From: Planctomycetota bacterium
GTDB taxonomy: Bacteria > Planctomycetota > Phycisphaerae > Phycisphaerales > Phycisphaeraceae
DNA: 64,000 nucleotides
Reading direction: 5' to 3'
Assembly: GCA_024276075.1 (NCBI GenBank)
Contig: JAJRXX010000005.1
Coordinates: 18,664 to 82,663 of the forward strand
Part shown: piece by piece, positions 10,423 to 19,804 of the stretch
How positions within the stretch are numbered: position 1 is the first letter of the stretch
Layout: every line of letters begins with the position of its first letter
Notes under the pieces: model-generated
Told to the model about the DNA's origin: nothing
The model's database searches: none
Seen by the model: only the letters and a program-made list of their open reading frames with translations
Made by a program: the position numbers and the translations under genes

Positions 10423-10527
10423 TAGAGCAACTTGCGTAATTATTCTCCATCTCCCCAAGAAGAAGGCAGGTCAATGACCTGCCCTACTCCAGAACTGACA
10501 TGGCGATTATTTATGCAAGGTGCTCTA
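10423..10527 (+). mobile_element. MITE-like element, type B copy 1 (105 bp, terminal inverted repeats, central hairpin)
   Basis: tagagcaacttgcgtaattatt...aattatttatgcaaggtgctcta termini are inverted repeats. Core hairpin ggcaggtcaatgacctgcc. The reverse complement differs from 37908-38012 at a single base. Confidence 0.85.
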
Positions 10528-10564
10528 ACGCCGCCAACTCGTAAATAATCACATTAATATCAGT

Positions 10565-11725
10565 TCACGCTGACCCGAGGATCGGTAGCGTCACGCGAGA
10601 GGTGTCACCCGCCTGCGATGCGTGGTAGGTCGCGGGCTTGGGCGGCATGGGTGTGCCAGGATTGGGAGAAGAGTCAGCCTCACCCACAACACCCGCGGGG
10701 TCGGCGTCGTGTTCCACTTCGTCAAACGTGACAAACGGCAGGCCCAGGTCACGCAGCATCTGGTGATCCTGCTGGGGTGTTCTGCCAAACGTGGTCAGGT
10801 AGTTGCCGATCAGGAAGCTCGAACCGCCGGCAAAGAATATCCAGCTCTGCATGTCACGGAGAATCTTCTCCCGGCCCCCAGCGATCTTCAGCTCACGGTC
10901 GGGCAGGATGAACCGATACACCGCGATGATCTTAAGCGCCTGCATCGGTTCCAATTCCGGCTGTTTGCCGTACAAGGGCGTGCCTTGGATAGCGGTCAGA
11001 AAATTGATCGGCACGACGTCCGCGCCCAGGTCGCGCAGCTCAAACGCCATATCCAGCCGGTCTTCCCAGTCCTCGCCCATGCCGAAGATACCGCCCGAGC
11101 AGATCGAGAGGCCCGCTTCCTTGGCGATCTTGATCGTACGCACACGGTCCTCGTAGGTATGTGTCGAGACGATGTGGGGGAAGTGTCGTCGGCTGGTCTC
11201 AAGGTTGTGGTTGACGCGCTGCACACCCATATCCTTGAGACGGCTAGCCTGCTCGACAGTCAACTCACCGAGCGTGGCGCAAGGACGGATCCTGCCCTGC
11301 TGCGCGGTGGCTTTGAAGAACGGCTCCATCCAATCGAGCTCGGCGTCGGTGGGACCTCGGCCGGCGTTGACGATGCCGAAGCTCGACGCACCGTTGCCCG
11401 CAGCCTCCACAGCGGTGGCATGCATGTCATCGACACTCAGCTTCGTCGGTGCTACGTGCGTTTTATGAAACTTCGACTGCGAGCAATAACCGCAGTCCTC
11501 GCTGCACGCGCCGACCTTGGCAGCGAGGATCGAGCAAAATTTGACCTGCCGACCCACATATCGCACTCGGATTTTGTTTGCCCAGTAAAACAGGTCGTAC
11601 AGATCGTCGCCCTGGGCATTGCATAGCTCACGGGCCTCATCGCGGGTGATCACATGGCCACCGAGCACGCGCCGACCCAGGTCGGCGATCCGATCGGTCA
11701 GCGTGTCGGCGTGGGTCTGAATCAT
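10565..11725 (-). CDS. bioB: biotin synthase (radical SAM) with Pro-rich C-terminal tail
   Basis: CSEDCGYCSQS radical-SAM cluster motif, BioB-like length plus a tail of about 50 aa. Confidence 0.9.
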   Translation of the reverse strand: MIQTHADTLTDRIADLGRRVLGGHVITRDEARELCNAQGDDLYDLFYWANKIRVRYVGRQVKFCSILAAKVGACSEDCGYCSQSKFHKTHVAPTKLSVDDMHATAVEAAGNGASSFGIVNAGRGPTDAELDWMEPFFKATAQQGRIRPCATLGELTVEQASRLKDMGVQRVNHNLETSRRHFPHIVSTHTYEDRVRTIKIAKEAGLSICSGGIFGMGEDWEDRLDMAFELRDLGADVVPINFLTAIQGTPLYGKQPELEPMQALKIIAVYRFILPDRELKIAGGREKILRDMQSWIFFAGGSSFLIGNYLTTFGRTPQQDHQMLRDLGLPFVTFDEVEHDADPAGVVGEADSSPNPGTPMPPKPATYHASQAGDTSRVTLPILGSA

Positions 11726-11755
11726 GACAAATATCTCGTGTCGATCGATAGTCGG

Positions 11756-12079
11756 TCAGCGGCCGCGGCGGTCACGCTGCTTCTCGGTACCGCCCTCTGA
11801 AAACAGCTTCGGCAGATCGGCGGCGCCGGCGAGTTCAAGCTGTCTCTTGGCCAAATTGAGCCGGTAGATTAGCAGCTTCTCATTGAGGTTATCGAGGATA
11901 AACAACGCCTCTTCATCCCTACGCGTCTGAGCTGTCAGGAGTGTAAGCGTCTCCTTGTTGAGCACGACACCCGCCTGTGCCTGAGGGGTAACCGACATGG
12001 GCCATGATGTAATCAGTAGCCCCGTAAGCGCAAACGCCGACGCGATCAGACAGCAGCAAGCTAGTTGTATTCGGCTCAT
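11756..12079 (-). CDS. small membrane-anchored/secreted protein, paralog 1 (unknown function)
   Basis: Start at MSRIQLACCCLIASAFALTGLLI (signal/anchor). Shares a D-EA-(F/Y)ILD...K(L/M) core with the neighbouring gene. Confidence 0.5.
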   Translation of the reverse strand: MSRIQLACCCLIASAFALTGLLITSWPMSVTPQAQAGVVLNKETLTLLTAQTRRDEEALFILDNLNEKLLIYRLNLAKRQLELAGAADLPKLFSEGGTEKQRDRRGR

Positions 12080-12146
12080 AACCGATCTCCCTAGGGTTTT
12101 AGACAACTCAAAACATACCCGGTACCGAGGCCTATCACGAAGACCG

Positions 12147-12437
12147 TCAGCGTGACGGGCCCACACGCAAGTCGTTGCTGACCAAGCGACCGGCAACGGG
12201 CTCGAGCTTATTGGTACGAGTGTCAAACAGCAGCGTGATCATCTTCTGGCTCTTGAGGTCGAGTATGTACACCGCTTCCTGGTCGCTGCGGCCGGTGACG
12301 TCACCGGCAACCATGACGTAATCGCCGCGTAGCCCAAACTGAGCAATCGCTGGCGCGGCTGATAAACTCACCACTACCAGCGCGGCTAGCAGTATCGCAT
12401 TAATCGCCACCAACGCGCCCAAAGAACGCCTGTTCAT
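12147..12437 (-). CDS. small membrane-anchored/secreted protein, paralog 2 (unknown function)
   Basis: Start at MNRRSLGALVAINAILLAALVVVSLSAAPAIA. The core SDQEAVYILDLKSQKM aligns with RDEEALFILDNLNEKL of the downstream gene. Confidence 0.5.
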   Translation of the reverse strand: MNRRSLGALVAINAILLAALVVVSLSAAPAIAQFGLRGDYVMVAGDVTGRSDQEAVYILDLKSQKMITLLFDTRTNKLEPVAGRLVSNDLRVGPSR

Positions 12438-12616
12438 AATGGCACCTCTCTGCGCACAGCCGCCCGTGTCCGTCTCAACGCCACGATCCACACAGGCTTG
12501 CTCATGCTGTTGATTGCCCTGTTCATATAACAATGACCGTATAAATCATAACGGCGTATCCCAGTGCTGCCAATCACCTGGGATGCGGTCACGGCATGGC
12601 CTGATACGATGAACGC

Positions 12617-13267
12617 ATGCAGGACTGGCGCCTATGGGTATTGGTGAGCTACCTGTGCGGATCGGTGCCGTTCGGCTTGCTGATCGGTCTGGCTTGGGGT
12701 GTTGACATCCGCAAATCGGGCAGCGGAAACGTGGGCGCCACCAACGCCAGCCGAGTGCTGGGACGAAATTGGGGCATCACCTGCTTCCTCTTGGACGTGT
12801 CAAAAGGAGCCGCTCCCGTGCTCGGCGCCGGGTGGGCGATGGGCCTGCTGGGTGGAGACCTATCCGCTGGACAAGCATGGCAATGGCTCGCCGTCGCTGC
12901 AACAGCCATACTGGGACATATCTATCCGATCTGGCTGCGGTTCAGGGGCGGCAAAGGGGTCGCCACCGGCTTGGGTGTGCTGCTGGGACTGTGGCCCGTG
13001 CTGACGCTCGCTGCGGTTATGTCATTAGTAATCTGGGTCGTGACGGTATCCGTATCACGATACGTCAGCGTGGCGAGCATGGCGGCGGCGGTGAGCATCC
13101 CCACGGTGTTGGTAATCACCACCGTGTTCTGCCCACGCCACGGGTACGACGCACAGCCCTTCTTGATCGCGACCACGGGGCTAGCGGCACTAGTAGTCGC
13201 ACGACACCGATCCAATATCGCGAGGCTGCGCGCAGGCACGGAACCGAAAATAGGTAAACGGGGGTAA
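12617..13267 (+). CDS. plsY: glycerol-3-phosphate acyltransferase PlsY
   Basis: GSGNVGATNASRVLG motif, HIYPIWLRFRGGKGVAT, 5-6 TM helices. Confidence 0.9.
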   Translation: MQDWRLWVLVSYLCGSVPFGLLIGLAWGVDIRKSGSGNVGATNASRVLGRNWGITCFLLDVSKGAAPVLGAGWAMGLLGGDLSAGQAWQWLAVAATAILGHIYPIWLRFRGGKGVATGLGVLLGLWPVLTLAAVMSLVIWVVTVSVSRYVSVASMAAAVSIPTVLVITTVFCPRHGYDAQPFLIATTGLAALVVARHRSNIARLRAGTEPKIGKRG

Positions 13268-13352
13268 ACGTGTGCGGTGTGACAGCGGGCCGATTAACCG
13301 CTGGCTACTGATTCACGCGCGAAGCGCCCTTGATGCGCTACGCGGCTCGTGG

Positions 13353-13736
13353 CTACATCAGCCGTTCTTTGACACGATCCAGGATCAGCATGCTCGCGGC
13401 GGTGTCGCCGAACGAACCCACACGAATGGAGATGTGGCTGACGTTGTTATCCTGACGGGTGATGATGATCTTGATGTTCTTTTCCTGTGCCGTCCGCGCA
13501 AGCACTCTACCGTCGAGCCCCGTGGACTCGGCGGAAATCAGGATCAGCTTCATGTCTTCGATAACGGACTTGGCAGCACCGGTGACATCTTCGGGACTGG
13601 CGGCGATCAACGCCTGGATCGAGCCGACGTTGTTCGTCACGCCCGGGCTGACAACTTGGCACCCACCGGTAAAGGCTAAAGCAATTAATAGGAAAAATGA
13701 CAGGACCAATGTACCGCGTCTGCTATCCGCTTTCAT
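13353..13736 (-). CDS. lipoprotein (DUF3568-like)
   Basis: MKADSRRGTLVLSFFLLIALAFTGGC lipobox; start trimmed from track ORF 13353..13850. Confidence 0.6.
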   Translation of the reverse strand: MKADSRRGTLVLSFFLLIALAFTGGCQVVSPGVTNNVGSIQALIAASPEDVTGAAKSVIEDMKLILISAESTGLDGRVLARTAQEKNIKIIITRQDNNVSHISIRVGSFGDTAASMLILDRVKERLM

Positions 13737-13953
13737 GAAAACTCTCCTCTTGGCTTGGGCATAGCCCCGTTCCAAACTAAGCCTACCGTTCCAAACCCTC
13801 TGGGCAATATCTCTCAAATTCGCCAATTTATCCGCGTATGTGAGCGGCAACGGGTTTTATCGGCTAACAATCTACATCGCGATCACGGTGCAGGAAGATG
13901 ACCGTTACCCTACAATCACCGGTCGCTTTATATACATCGGATGGACTCGGGGC

Positions 13954-15606
13954 ATGCCTGAACCAAACTCCAAACCCTTTGTGCTAATTATCCGTGACGG
14001 CTGGGGGGTCAATCCGCACCCCGAACATGACGCGTTCAACGCCGTCAAACTCGCTCAGACCCCGAATTGCGACAAATTATTGGACCAGTACCCCTGGACT
14101 CTGATCCATACCAGCGGCGAAGACGTCGGCCTACCCAAAAGGACCATGGGCAACAGCGAGGTCGGCCACCAGAACCTCGGCGCCGGCCGAATCGTGGATC
14201 AGGACTCCGTGCGAATCAGCAAGGCGATCCGTCAAGACAAACTGGTCGATAACCACGTCTTGGTCGACGCGATCAAACAAGCACAAGCCAACAACAAATA
14301 CGTCCACCTGCTAGGCATTGCCTCGGACGCCGGGGTCCACGGCCTGCTCACGCACCTGTACGCCTGCCTGGAGTTATGCAAGCAACTGGACCACGACCGC
14401 GTCGCGCTGCACCTTTTCACCGACGGGCGAGATACCGGCCCGTTTACAGGCAAACAGTACGTCGCCGACATTGAGAGCCGATGCAACCAACTCGGCGTGG
14501 GCCGGATCGGAAGCGTCTGCGGGCGGTTCTACGCCATGGACCGCGACAACCGCTGGCAACGCGTCGAGCAGGCCTACTCTTGCCTGACCGGTATCCACGC
14601 ACGCAAGCTGGAACTGCCCTGGGCCGCGTCGGCAGACGAAGCCATACAACGTTACTACGACCAGCCCATCAGCCAGACACAGAAGGGCGACGAATTTATC
14701 ACCCCCACGATGATCGGGTCCTCGCTCGACGATTGCCTATCACGCCGAATCAGCGACGGTGACACCGTCATCTTCTACAACTACCGCGGCGATCGGCCGC
14801 GTGAGATTGTCAAGGCTTTTACACTCCCCGACGAGCAGTGGTCTTCGGTACCGCCCTCACCCGAAAACGGGCAGCAAGGCTTCAACCGCACCAAACAGAT
14901 CACCCTGACGTTCGTCACCATGACCGCGTATGAACAAGGCCTGCCGGTGCAGGTCGCATTCCCAAAGCTGTCGAAGATGGCCGACATCGCCGGCCAGTAC
15001 CTCAGCGACAAGGGTTTTAGACAATTCCGCTGTGCCGAAACGGAAAAATTCCCGCACGTGACGTTCTTCTTCAACGACTACCGCGAGCAACCGTTTCCCG
15101 GTGAATCACGACAGATGGCGCAATCGCCTAAAGTCTCCACATACGATCAACAACCCGAGATGAGCGCGTATGAAATATGTGAACTCGTGCTCAAACGTCT
15201 CGACGCGCCCTACAGCCCGGAAGCCGGATGCGAGGACTTCATCCTTGTGAATTTCGCCAACGGCGACATGGTCGGCCACACCGGAAATCTTGACGCTACG
15301 GTCAAAGCGATCGAGACGGTAGACCGGTGCGTAGGCAGGATTGTCGAGGCCACACTCGCACGCCACGGCGTGCTGATCGTCACCGCCGATCACGGCAACG
15401 CGGAGCAGATGTTCGACCCTCAGACCAAATCGCCTCACACCGCGCACACCTTATACGACGTCGAGTGCATCATTGTCGCACCCAACCGACCTAGCGCAAC
15501 ACTACGCAAAAATGGACGACTCGCCGACGTCATGCCCACGATGCTCGACCTGATGGGCCTGCGTAAACCCGATGCCATGACCGGGCAGTCACTGCTAGCC
15601 ACCTGA
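13954..15606 (+). CDS. gpmI: 2,3-bisphosphoglycerate-independent phosphoglycerate mutase
   Basis: LIIRDGWG, MGNSEVGHQNLGAGR, NFANGDMVGHTG, TADHGNAE motifs. Start at ATG 13954 (MPEPNSKPF). Confidence 0.9.
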   Translation: MPEPNSKPFVLIIRDGWGVNPHPEHDAFNAVKLAQTPNCDKLLDQYPWTLIHTSGEDVGLPKRTMGNSEVGHQNLGAGRIVDQDSVRISKAIRQDKLVDNHVLVDAIKQAQANNKYVHLLGIASDAGVHGLLTHLYACLELCKQLDHDRVALHLFTDGRDTGPFTGKQYVADIESRCNQLGVGRIGSVCGRFYAMDRDNRWQRVEQAYSCLTGIHARKLELPWAASADEAIQRYYDQPISQTQKGDEFITPTMIGSSLDDCLSRRISDGDTVIFYNYRGDRPREIVKAFTLPDEQWSSVPPSPENGQQGFNRTKQITLTFVTMTAYEQGLPVQVAFPKLSKMADIAGQYLSDKGFRQFRCAETEKFPHVTFFFNDYREQPFPGESRQMAQSPKVSTYDQQPEMSAYEICELVLKRLDAPYSPEAGCEDFILVNFANGDMVGHTGNLDATVKAIETVDRCVGRIVEATLARHGVLIVTADHGNAEQMFDPQTKSPHTAHTLYDVECIIVAPNRPSATLRKNGRLADVMPTMLDLMGLRKPDAMTGQSLLAT

Positions 15607-15659
15607 CCCGATGACACTACCGCCACATGCTTGGCGCGTCTTGAACCGGTGTCCATAAG

Positions 15660-16958
15660 ATGACGCATTCTCCCCCGACGATCATGCTGATTCTCTGGTC
15701 CGCGTGGGTAATGCAGGCGGTGCTGTCTGCGTGGAAAGTACGTCAATTCCGTCGGCTGTACGATCGGCCCCGACGTGAAGCACTTCAAAGTCACTGCCCT
15801 TCAACTGCGGTGATCGTGCCGTTCAAGGGCGTCGACCAGGACCTCGTCAACGGCATCGCCGGGCTGTGCGAACAGGATTACCCCAGCTACGAATTGCTCG
15901 CCGTCGTGGAATCACCCGAGGACCCCGCTCATCGCGTGTTGACAGAGCAATTCAAACGTTACCCACACCGCCATACCCGGGTGCTCATCGCCGGGCCCGC
16001 AGGCCCCAACGAGGGACAGAAAGTACACAACCAGTTGTTTGCGATCGATCACCTGCTATCGCAAGACCCGGGTCAAGGTGCCCAGCCGGAGGTGTGGGCC
16101 TTCGCCGATAGCGACGCGGTACCCGGGCCCAATTGGCTCCGCGACTTGGTCGGACCGCTGCTTCAGGAAGACAAGACCGGCGTCACCACCGGCTACCGCT
16201 GGCTGATTCCCGTGCCGCCCGAAGCCCCCACGGAAACAGACGCCTTCGCAACCGGCCATTCCTATGACGGCGCCACGATCTGGTCGCACCTGGCTAGCAT
16301 TATGAATAGCTCAGTCGCCTGCCTGATGGGTAAAGACCGTTTTAGCCACGCATGGGGCGGGTCGATGGCGCTGACAGCAAAAACCGCTAAACGGGGTGAC
16401 CTTCGCGGTCGGTTGGCCGGGGCGCTGTGCGATGACTACCAATTCAGCAGGCTGGGCCGTGACCTGGGTCTGCGCATTTACTTCGCACCCCGGTGCCTGG
16501 TGGCGACGCCGGTCAATTTTGATTTAGCGGGTCTGATCAATTTTGCGCATCGTCAGTATTTGCTCACCCGCGTCTACGCACCGGGCTTGTTCATACTGGC
16601 CCTGGCTATGACGAGCCTCTACATCATCGGGTGGACCAGCGCGACCGCGTGGCTATTGGCGAGTGTGCTGACCGACCCCAGCAGTGGCGGTTGGCGGTGG
16701 CCCACGGCGGCGATCGCTTGTGTATTCACAGCCAACCAAGTCCGGTCATCTCTGCGTAGACAGGTCGTGAGCAAAGCGCTCGGCAACCAGGTGATCGACC
16801 AACTCCGCACTACATTGCGCATCGAGCGGTGGGCACCTTTTATTTGGATGACACTGCACTGGCTATTAATCGTGTGTTCGGCGTTCGGTCGAACCATGCG
16901 CTGGCGAGGCATCCGCTACAGACTCTGGGCACCCCAGCGCGTCGAGCGCATCGACTAG
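15660..16958 (+). CDS. membrane glycosyltransferase, GT2/GT21-like (ceramide glucosyltransferase / HpnI-like fold)
   Basis: N-terminal TM, VIVPFKG...DYPSYELLAV, DSDAVP (DxD), multiple C-terminal TM helices. Its TAG stop (16956-16958) is the first 3 nt of the adjacent repeat. Confidence 0.7.
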   Translation: MTHSPPTIMLILWSAWVMQAVLSAWKVRQFRRLYDRPRREALQSHCPSTAVIVPFKGVDQDLVNGIAGLCEQDYPSYELLAVVESPEDPAHRVLTEQFKRYPHRHTRVLIAGPAGPNEGQKVHNQLFAIDHLLSQDPGQGAQPEVWAFADSDAVPGPNWLRDLVGPLLQEDKTGVTTGYRWLIPVPPEAPTETDAFATGHSYDGATIWSHLASIMNSSVACLMGKDRFSHAWGGSMALTAKTAKRGDLRGRLAGALCDDYQFSRLGRDLGLRIYFAPRCLVATPVNFDLAGLINFAHRQYLLTRVYAPGLFILALAMTSLYIIGWTSATAWLLASVLTDPSSGGWRWPTAAIACVFTANQVRSSLRRQVVSKALGNQVIDQLRTTLRIERWAPFIWMTLHWLLIVCSAFGRTMRWRGIRYRLWAPQRVERID

Positions 16959-17036
16959 AGCAACTGGCGTAATTAATTTCCATGACCGGGTGGCACGGCT
17001 TGCTTGCAAGCCGTGAAATACAGATGTCGGTTATAC
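16956..17036 (+). mobile_element. MITE-like element, type C copy 1 (left terminus and core only; right end replaced by the A module)
   Basis: tagagcaactggcgtaattaatttccatgaccgggtggcacggcttgcttgcaagccgtgaaatacagatg... matches the reverse complement of 58297-58422 up to the shared junction caatcaagat. Confidence 0.8.
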
Positions 17037-17111
17037 CAATCAAGATTAATACTTGCGCGGTATCTGCGAACGTGAAGGCAAAACAGACAATCACTTATAC
17101 GCAATGCGTAT
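17037..17111 (+). repeat. A-module repeat copy 1 (75 bp, carries a 25-nt internal deletion)
   Basis: caatcaagattaatacttgcgcggtatctgcgaacgtgaaggcaaaacagacaatcactta/tacgcaatgcgtat; lacks catcctttacaacgcgatagaacta, which is present in the other three copies. Confidence 0.85.
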
Positions 17112-17143
17112 TACAATCCACAAAAAGGCCCGCTCCTTCACGA

Positions 17144-17638
17144 TCAAAGCAAACCCGTTTGATCCGTCGCGTTATCTCCCAAATCGTTCTCACCCAAGAG
17201 CGTGAACATCTTCCTGCGGAGGATCTGACCAGCCAACACCTGATCGTCTGTGTGCAGCGCAATCGTGGGCATGCCGTGGGGGCGCACCATCAACGGGTAG
17301 GCGTAATGGATGTTCAGCTCAGCCGACAGCAGCGAGATGCACAACTTGCTGAGCGTGTGCTCATACCCCAACTCCACGACCAGGATATCCGCCTCGCTGA
17401 ATGGAATTTCGTGGCGCCCCAACAGCCTCCTGGCTAAATCGGCACGCGACGTAACGATACGAACAACCGCGTGATCCACTGAATCAATCACACTCAGCGC
17501 GACCAGGCTCAACGCGTGGCCGTCGAAAATCTCGACCAGCTCCAGCAGCTTGCCGCAACGGTTATCCAGGAAAACGCTGAACTGTACGTTCCGAGGCAAT
17601 TCATAGCCCTGGGCCACGTAATCGTCTATCTGGGACAT
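17144..17638 (-). CDS. tandem ACT-domain (amino-acid-binding) regulatory protein
   Basis: 164 aa with two beta-alpha-beta-beta-alpha-beta-like halves (FSVFLDNRCGKLLELVEIF... / ILVVELGYEHTLSKLCISLL). The family call is from pattern only. Confidence 0.5.
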   Translation of the reverse strand: MSQIDDYVAQGYELPRNVQFSVFLDNRCGKLLELVEIFDGHALSLVALSVIDSVDHAVVRIVTSRADLARRLLGRHEIPFSEADILVVELGYEHTLSKLCISLLSAELNIHYAYPLMVRPHGMPTIALHTDDQVLAGQILRRKMFTLLGENDLGDNATDQTGLL

Positions 17639-17718
17639 GCCTTAAGTGTAACTTTTATTCCGGCGAAAGGGTAAGCGCAAACTGCCATTTTACTCGATAC
17701 ACGCCCAATCCCATCCGC

Positions 17719-18726
17719 TTAAACCGCCTGTCGGTACCAAGCTGCCGTAGCCGCCAGCCCCAAACGAAAGTCCACAATGGGCTCGTACCCCAGCACCGAC
17801 CGTGCCTGTGTCAGATCGGCCAACGAGTGCTTGACGTCACCCGCGCGCTCGGCTTCGTACACCGGTTTCAGGTCCGGCTTACCGAGCACCTCAGCCATAA
17901 TCTGGGCGAGTTCGTTTAGATCGACACGTCTTCCGCATGCGATATTGACCACCTGCCCCCGCACCGGCTCAGCGCAACGCGCTGCTAACAGGTTTGCGTG
18001 CACCGCGTTGTCCACGAACGTGAAGTCACGCGACTGAGTGCCGTCTCCGAAGATAATCGGGTTCTTACTCTCCAACAACGCCTTGGCAAACGCGGCGATC
18101 ACCGCGGCGTAGGCGCTGTTGGCGTTCTGACGCGGACCGAAAATATTGAAATACCGCAACGCAGCGGTATCGAGACCGTAGCTGGCGCTATATGCGCGCA
18201 TCAGGTGTTCGCAGGCGAGCTTGGTCGCCGCGTACGGGCTCTTGGGCATCGGGGGCATCGACTCGATCTTGGGTAGCGTCTCCGAGTCGCCGTAGGCGCT
18301 GGAGCTAGCAGCAAATGTCACGCGTTCGACACCCGCTTTGCGTGCCGCTTCGAGCACGTTCAATGTGCCGGTGGTGTTGACCTCATTAAACAGCCGGGGC
18401 TCCGCCACGCTGCGCGGCACCGATCCCAATGCCGCTTGGTGAAACACATACCTACAACCAGCCACGCAACGCGCCAAAGTTGGTTGATCGAGGATTGACC
18501 CCTCGACAAACTCCAAACGGTCACCCGCCTGGGCTGCGAACCCCTCAAGATTAACCCGATCGCCGCCGGACAGGTCGTCCAAAACGACCACCTTCGCATT
18601 GAGCCGTACCAGTGCCTCGGCAAGGTGCGAACCGATAAACCCCGCGCCGCCCGTCACCAGCACGCGCGCGTTGGAAAAAAAGCTATCGTGAAAATTCTGC
18701 CAATCGGTCATAGGTCTATCTGTCAT
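17719..18726 (-). CDS. NAD-dependent nucleotide-sugar epimerase (UDP-GlcNAc/UDP-glucuronate 4-epimerase-like SDR)
   Basis: VLVTGGAGFIGSH Rossmann motif, YAATKLACE (YxxxK), RYFNIFGPRQ. Confidence 0.85.
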   Translation of the reverse strand: MTDRPMTDWQNFHDSFFSNARVLVTGGAGFIGSHLAEALVRLNAKVVVLDDLSGGDRVNLEGFAAQAGDRLEFVEGSILDQPTLARCVAGCRYVFHQAALGSVPRSVAEPRLFNEVNTTGTLNVLEAARKAGVERVTFAASSSAYGDSETLPKIESMPPMPKSPYAATKLACEHLMRAYSASYGLDTAALRYFNIFGPRQNANSAYAAVIAAFAKALLESKNPIIFGDGTQSRDFTFVDNAVHANLLAARCAEPVRGQVVNIACGRRVDLNELAQIMAEVLGKPDLKPVYEAERAGDVKHSLADLTQARSVLGYEPIVDFRLGLAATAAWYRQAV

Positions 18727-18772
18727 CGGGCACCAGCCCGCTCAATGTTTAATCCGCATCACCCTGGATCGC

Positions 18773-19189
18773 CTAATACCGTGGCACCGCCGGATCGATG
18801 TCCATCGACCAGATGTCGATACCGCCGGCCATCGACCGCACATCGCAAAACCCACCTTGCCGAAGCATCATGGTCATCCGCAGCGACCGCATCCCATGGT
18901 GGCAGTACACGACGACCCGACCATTCGCGTGCTCGGCCAACTCACCGAAACGGCTCTGAATCTCCTGCAACGGCAGCAGCGTAGCACCCTCGATCCGAGC
19001 CGCACGGTACTCCTGGTCTGTACGACAATCGATCAGCAGAAAGTCTTCACCCGCATCGAGCATGGCTTTAACACGCCTGGGCATAATCTCCCAATCGTCC
19101 CGAAAAACATACCCCTGAGGCAACCCGGGCTCACTGAGTCCAGATCGGTCACAATCCCTAGTTTTATTGGAACCCTGATCCATCACCAC
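18773..19189 (-). CDS. rhodanese-like sulfurtransferase domain protein
   Basis: LLIDCRTDQEYRAARIEGA...VVYCHHGMRS active-site loop (CHHGMRS). Confidence 0.85.
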   Translation of the reverse strand: MVMDQGSNKTRDCDRSGLSEPGLPQGYVFRDDWEIMPRRVKAMLDAGEDFLLIDCRTDQEYRAARIEGATLLPLQEIQSRFGELAEHANGRVVVYCHHGMRSLRMTMMLRQGGFCDVRSMAGGIDIWSMDIDPAVPRY

Positions 19190-19278
19190 CCGATCCTCCC
19201 GCCTACACCGCTACCACACACGCCAGCGCGTCGGCGTCGTGACCCGAAAATCTCATACACTACACACCCCATCACCTA

Positions 19279-19644
19279 TCACGCCGCGTCGGCAGCACCC
19301 TCCTGATCCTCAGGCACGGCTTCTTTCACAATCTCAGCACCGTCATTCGACAACGGTACCGACGAATCCGCTTCCTCCAAGACCTCCACGCGGGTGTATG
19401 GATCGAGGTTGCACACGACGATCTCGCCGTCGTCTTTGCGCACCGTCAGACGATCCAGCCAGAGTTTGTGATCCTTAGCATGAGCGTACCACGACCCGGT
19501 CTTCCGCTGCTCGTAACGCTCCACGCTGCCGGCGACTCGCGTAGACCAGACCCCCTCACCATGCGGGATCTGCTGGATCACGATCACCCGCTGACCCGGC
19601 CGGTAGCGGTCCGTTGTTTTAGACACGGTTAGCCCTTTCACCAA
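19279..19644 (-). CDS. hypothetical protein with acidic C-terminal tail
   Basis: 121 aa ORF with coding-like composition; no motif recognised. Confidence 0.45.
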   Translation of the reverse strand: MVKGLTVSKTTDRYRPGQRVIVIQQIPHGEGVWSTRVAGSVERYEQRKTGSWYAHAKDHKLWLDRLTVRKDDGEIVVCNLDPYTRVEVLEEADSSVPLSNDGAEIVKEAVPEDQEGAADAA

Positions 19645-19804
19645 TCAGCAAAACAATATCTCAAATCGCCGTCACATAAAAGCGCAAACCCTCTACACCC
19701 CATCGGTCCACGTTGCCATCCGATCAAGCACGCGGTTTGACAGCCTAGAATCCGTGTGCCAGGATAATTTTCGCATACCCGTCTCGCCGATGAAATAAAC
19801 ACCA

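Noticed and set aside
10565-10730. Pro-rich C-terminal extension of about 50 aa on BioB, considered as a possible fused domain.
   Set aside because: It is a low-complexity tail with no motif, probably a disordered extension or a slightly late stop, and not evidence of a new function.
10622-11626. 334-aa ORF antisense to bioB. Similar long shadow ORFs: 2744..3382, 48753..49616, 50659..51558, 53541..54122, 54607..55236, 61034..61708, 35226..35885.
   Set aside because: All overlap well-supported genes on the opposite strand or in another frame. All have Arg/Pro/Gly/Ala-rich low-complexity translations typical of stop-poor shadow frames in G+C-rich DNA, and none has a recognisable motif.
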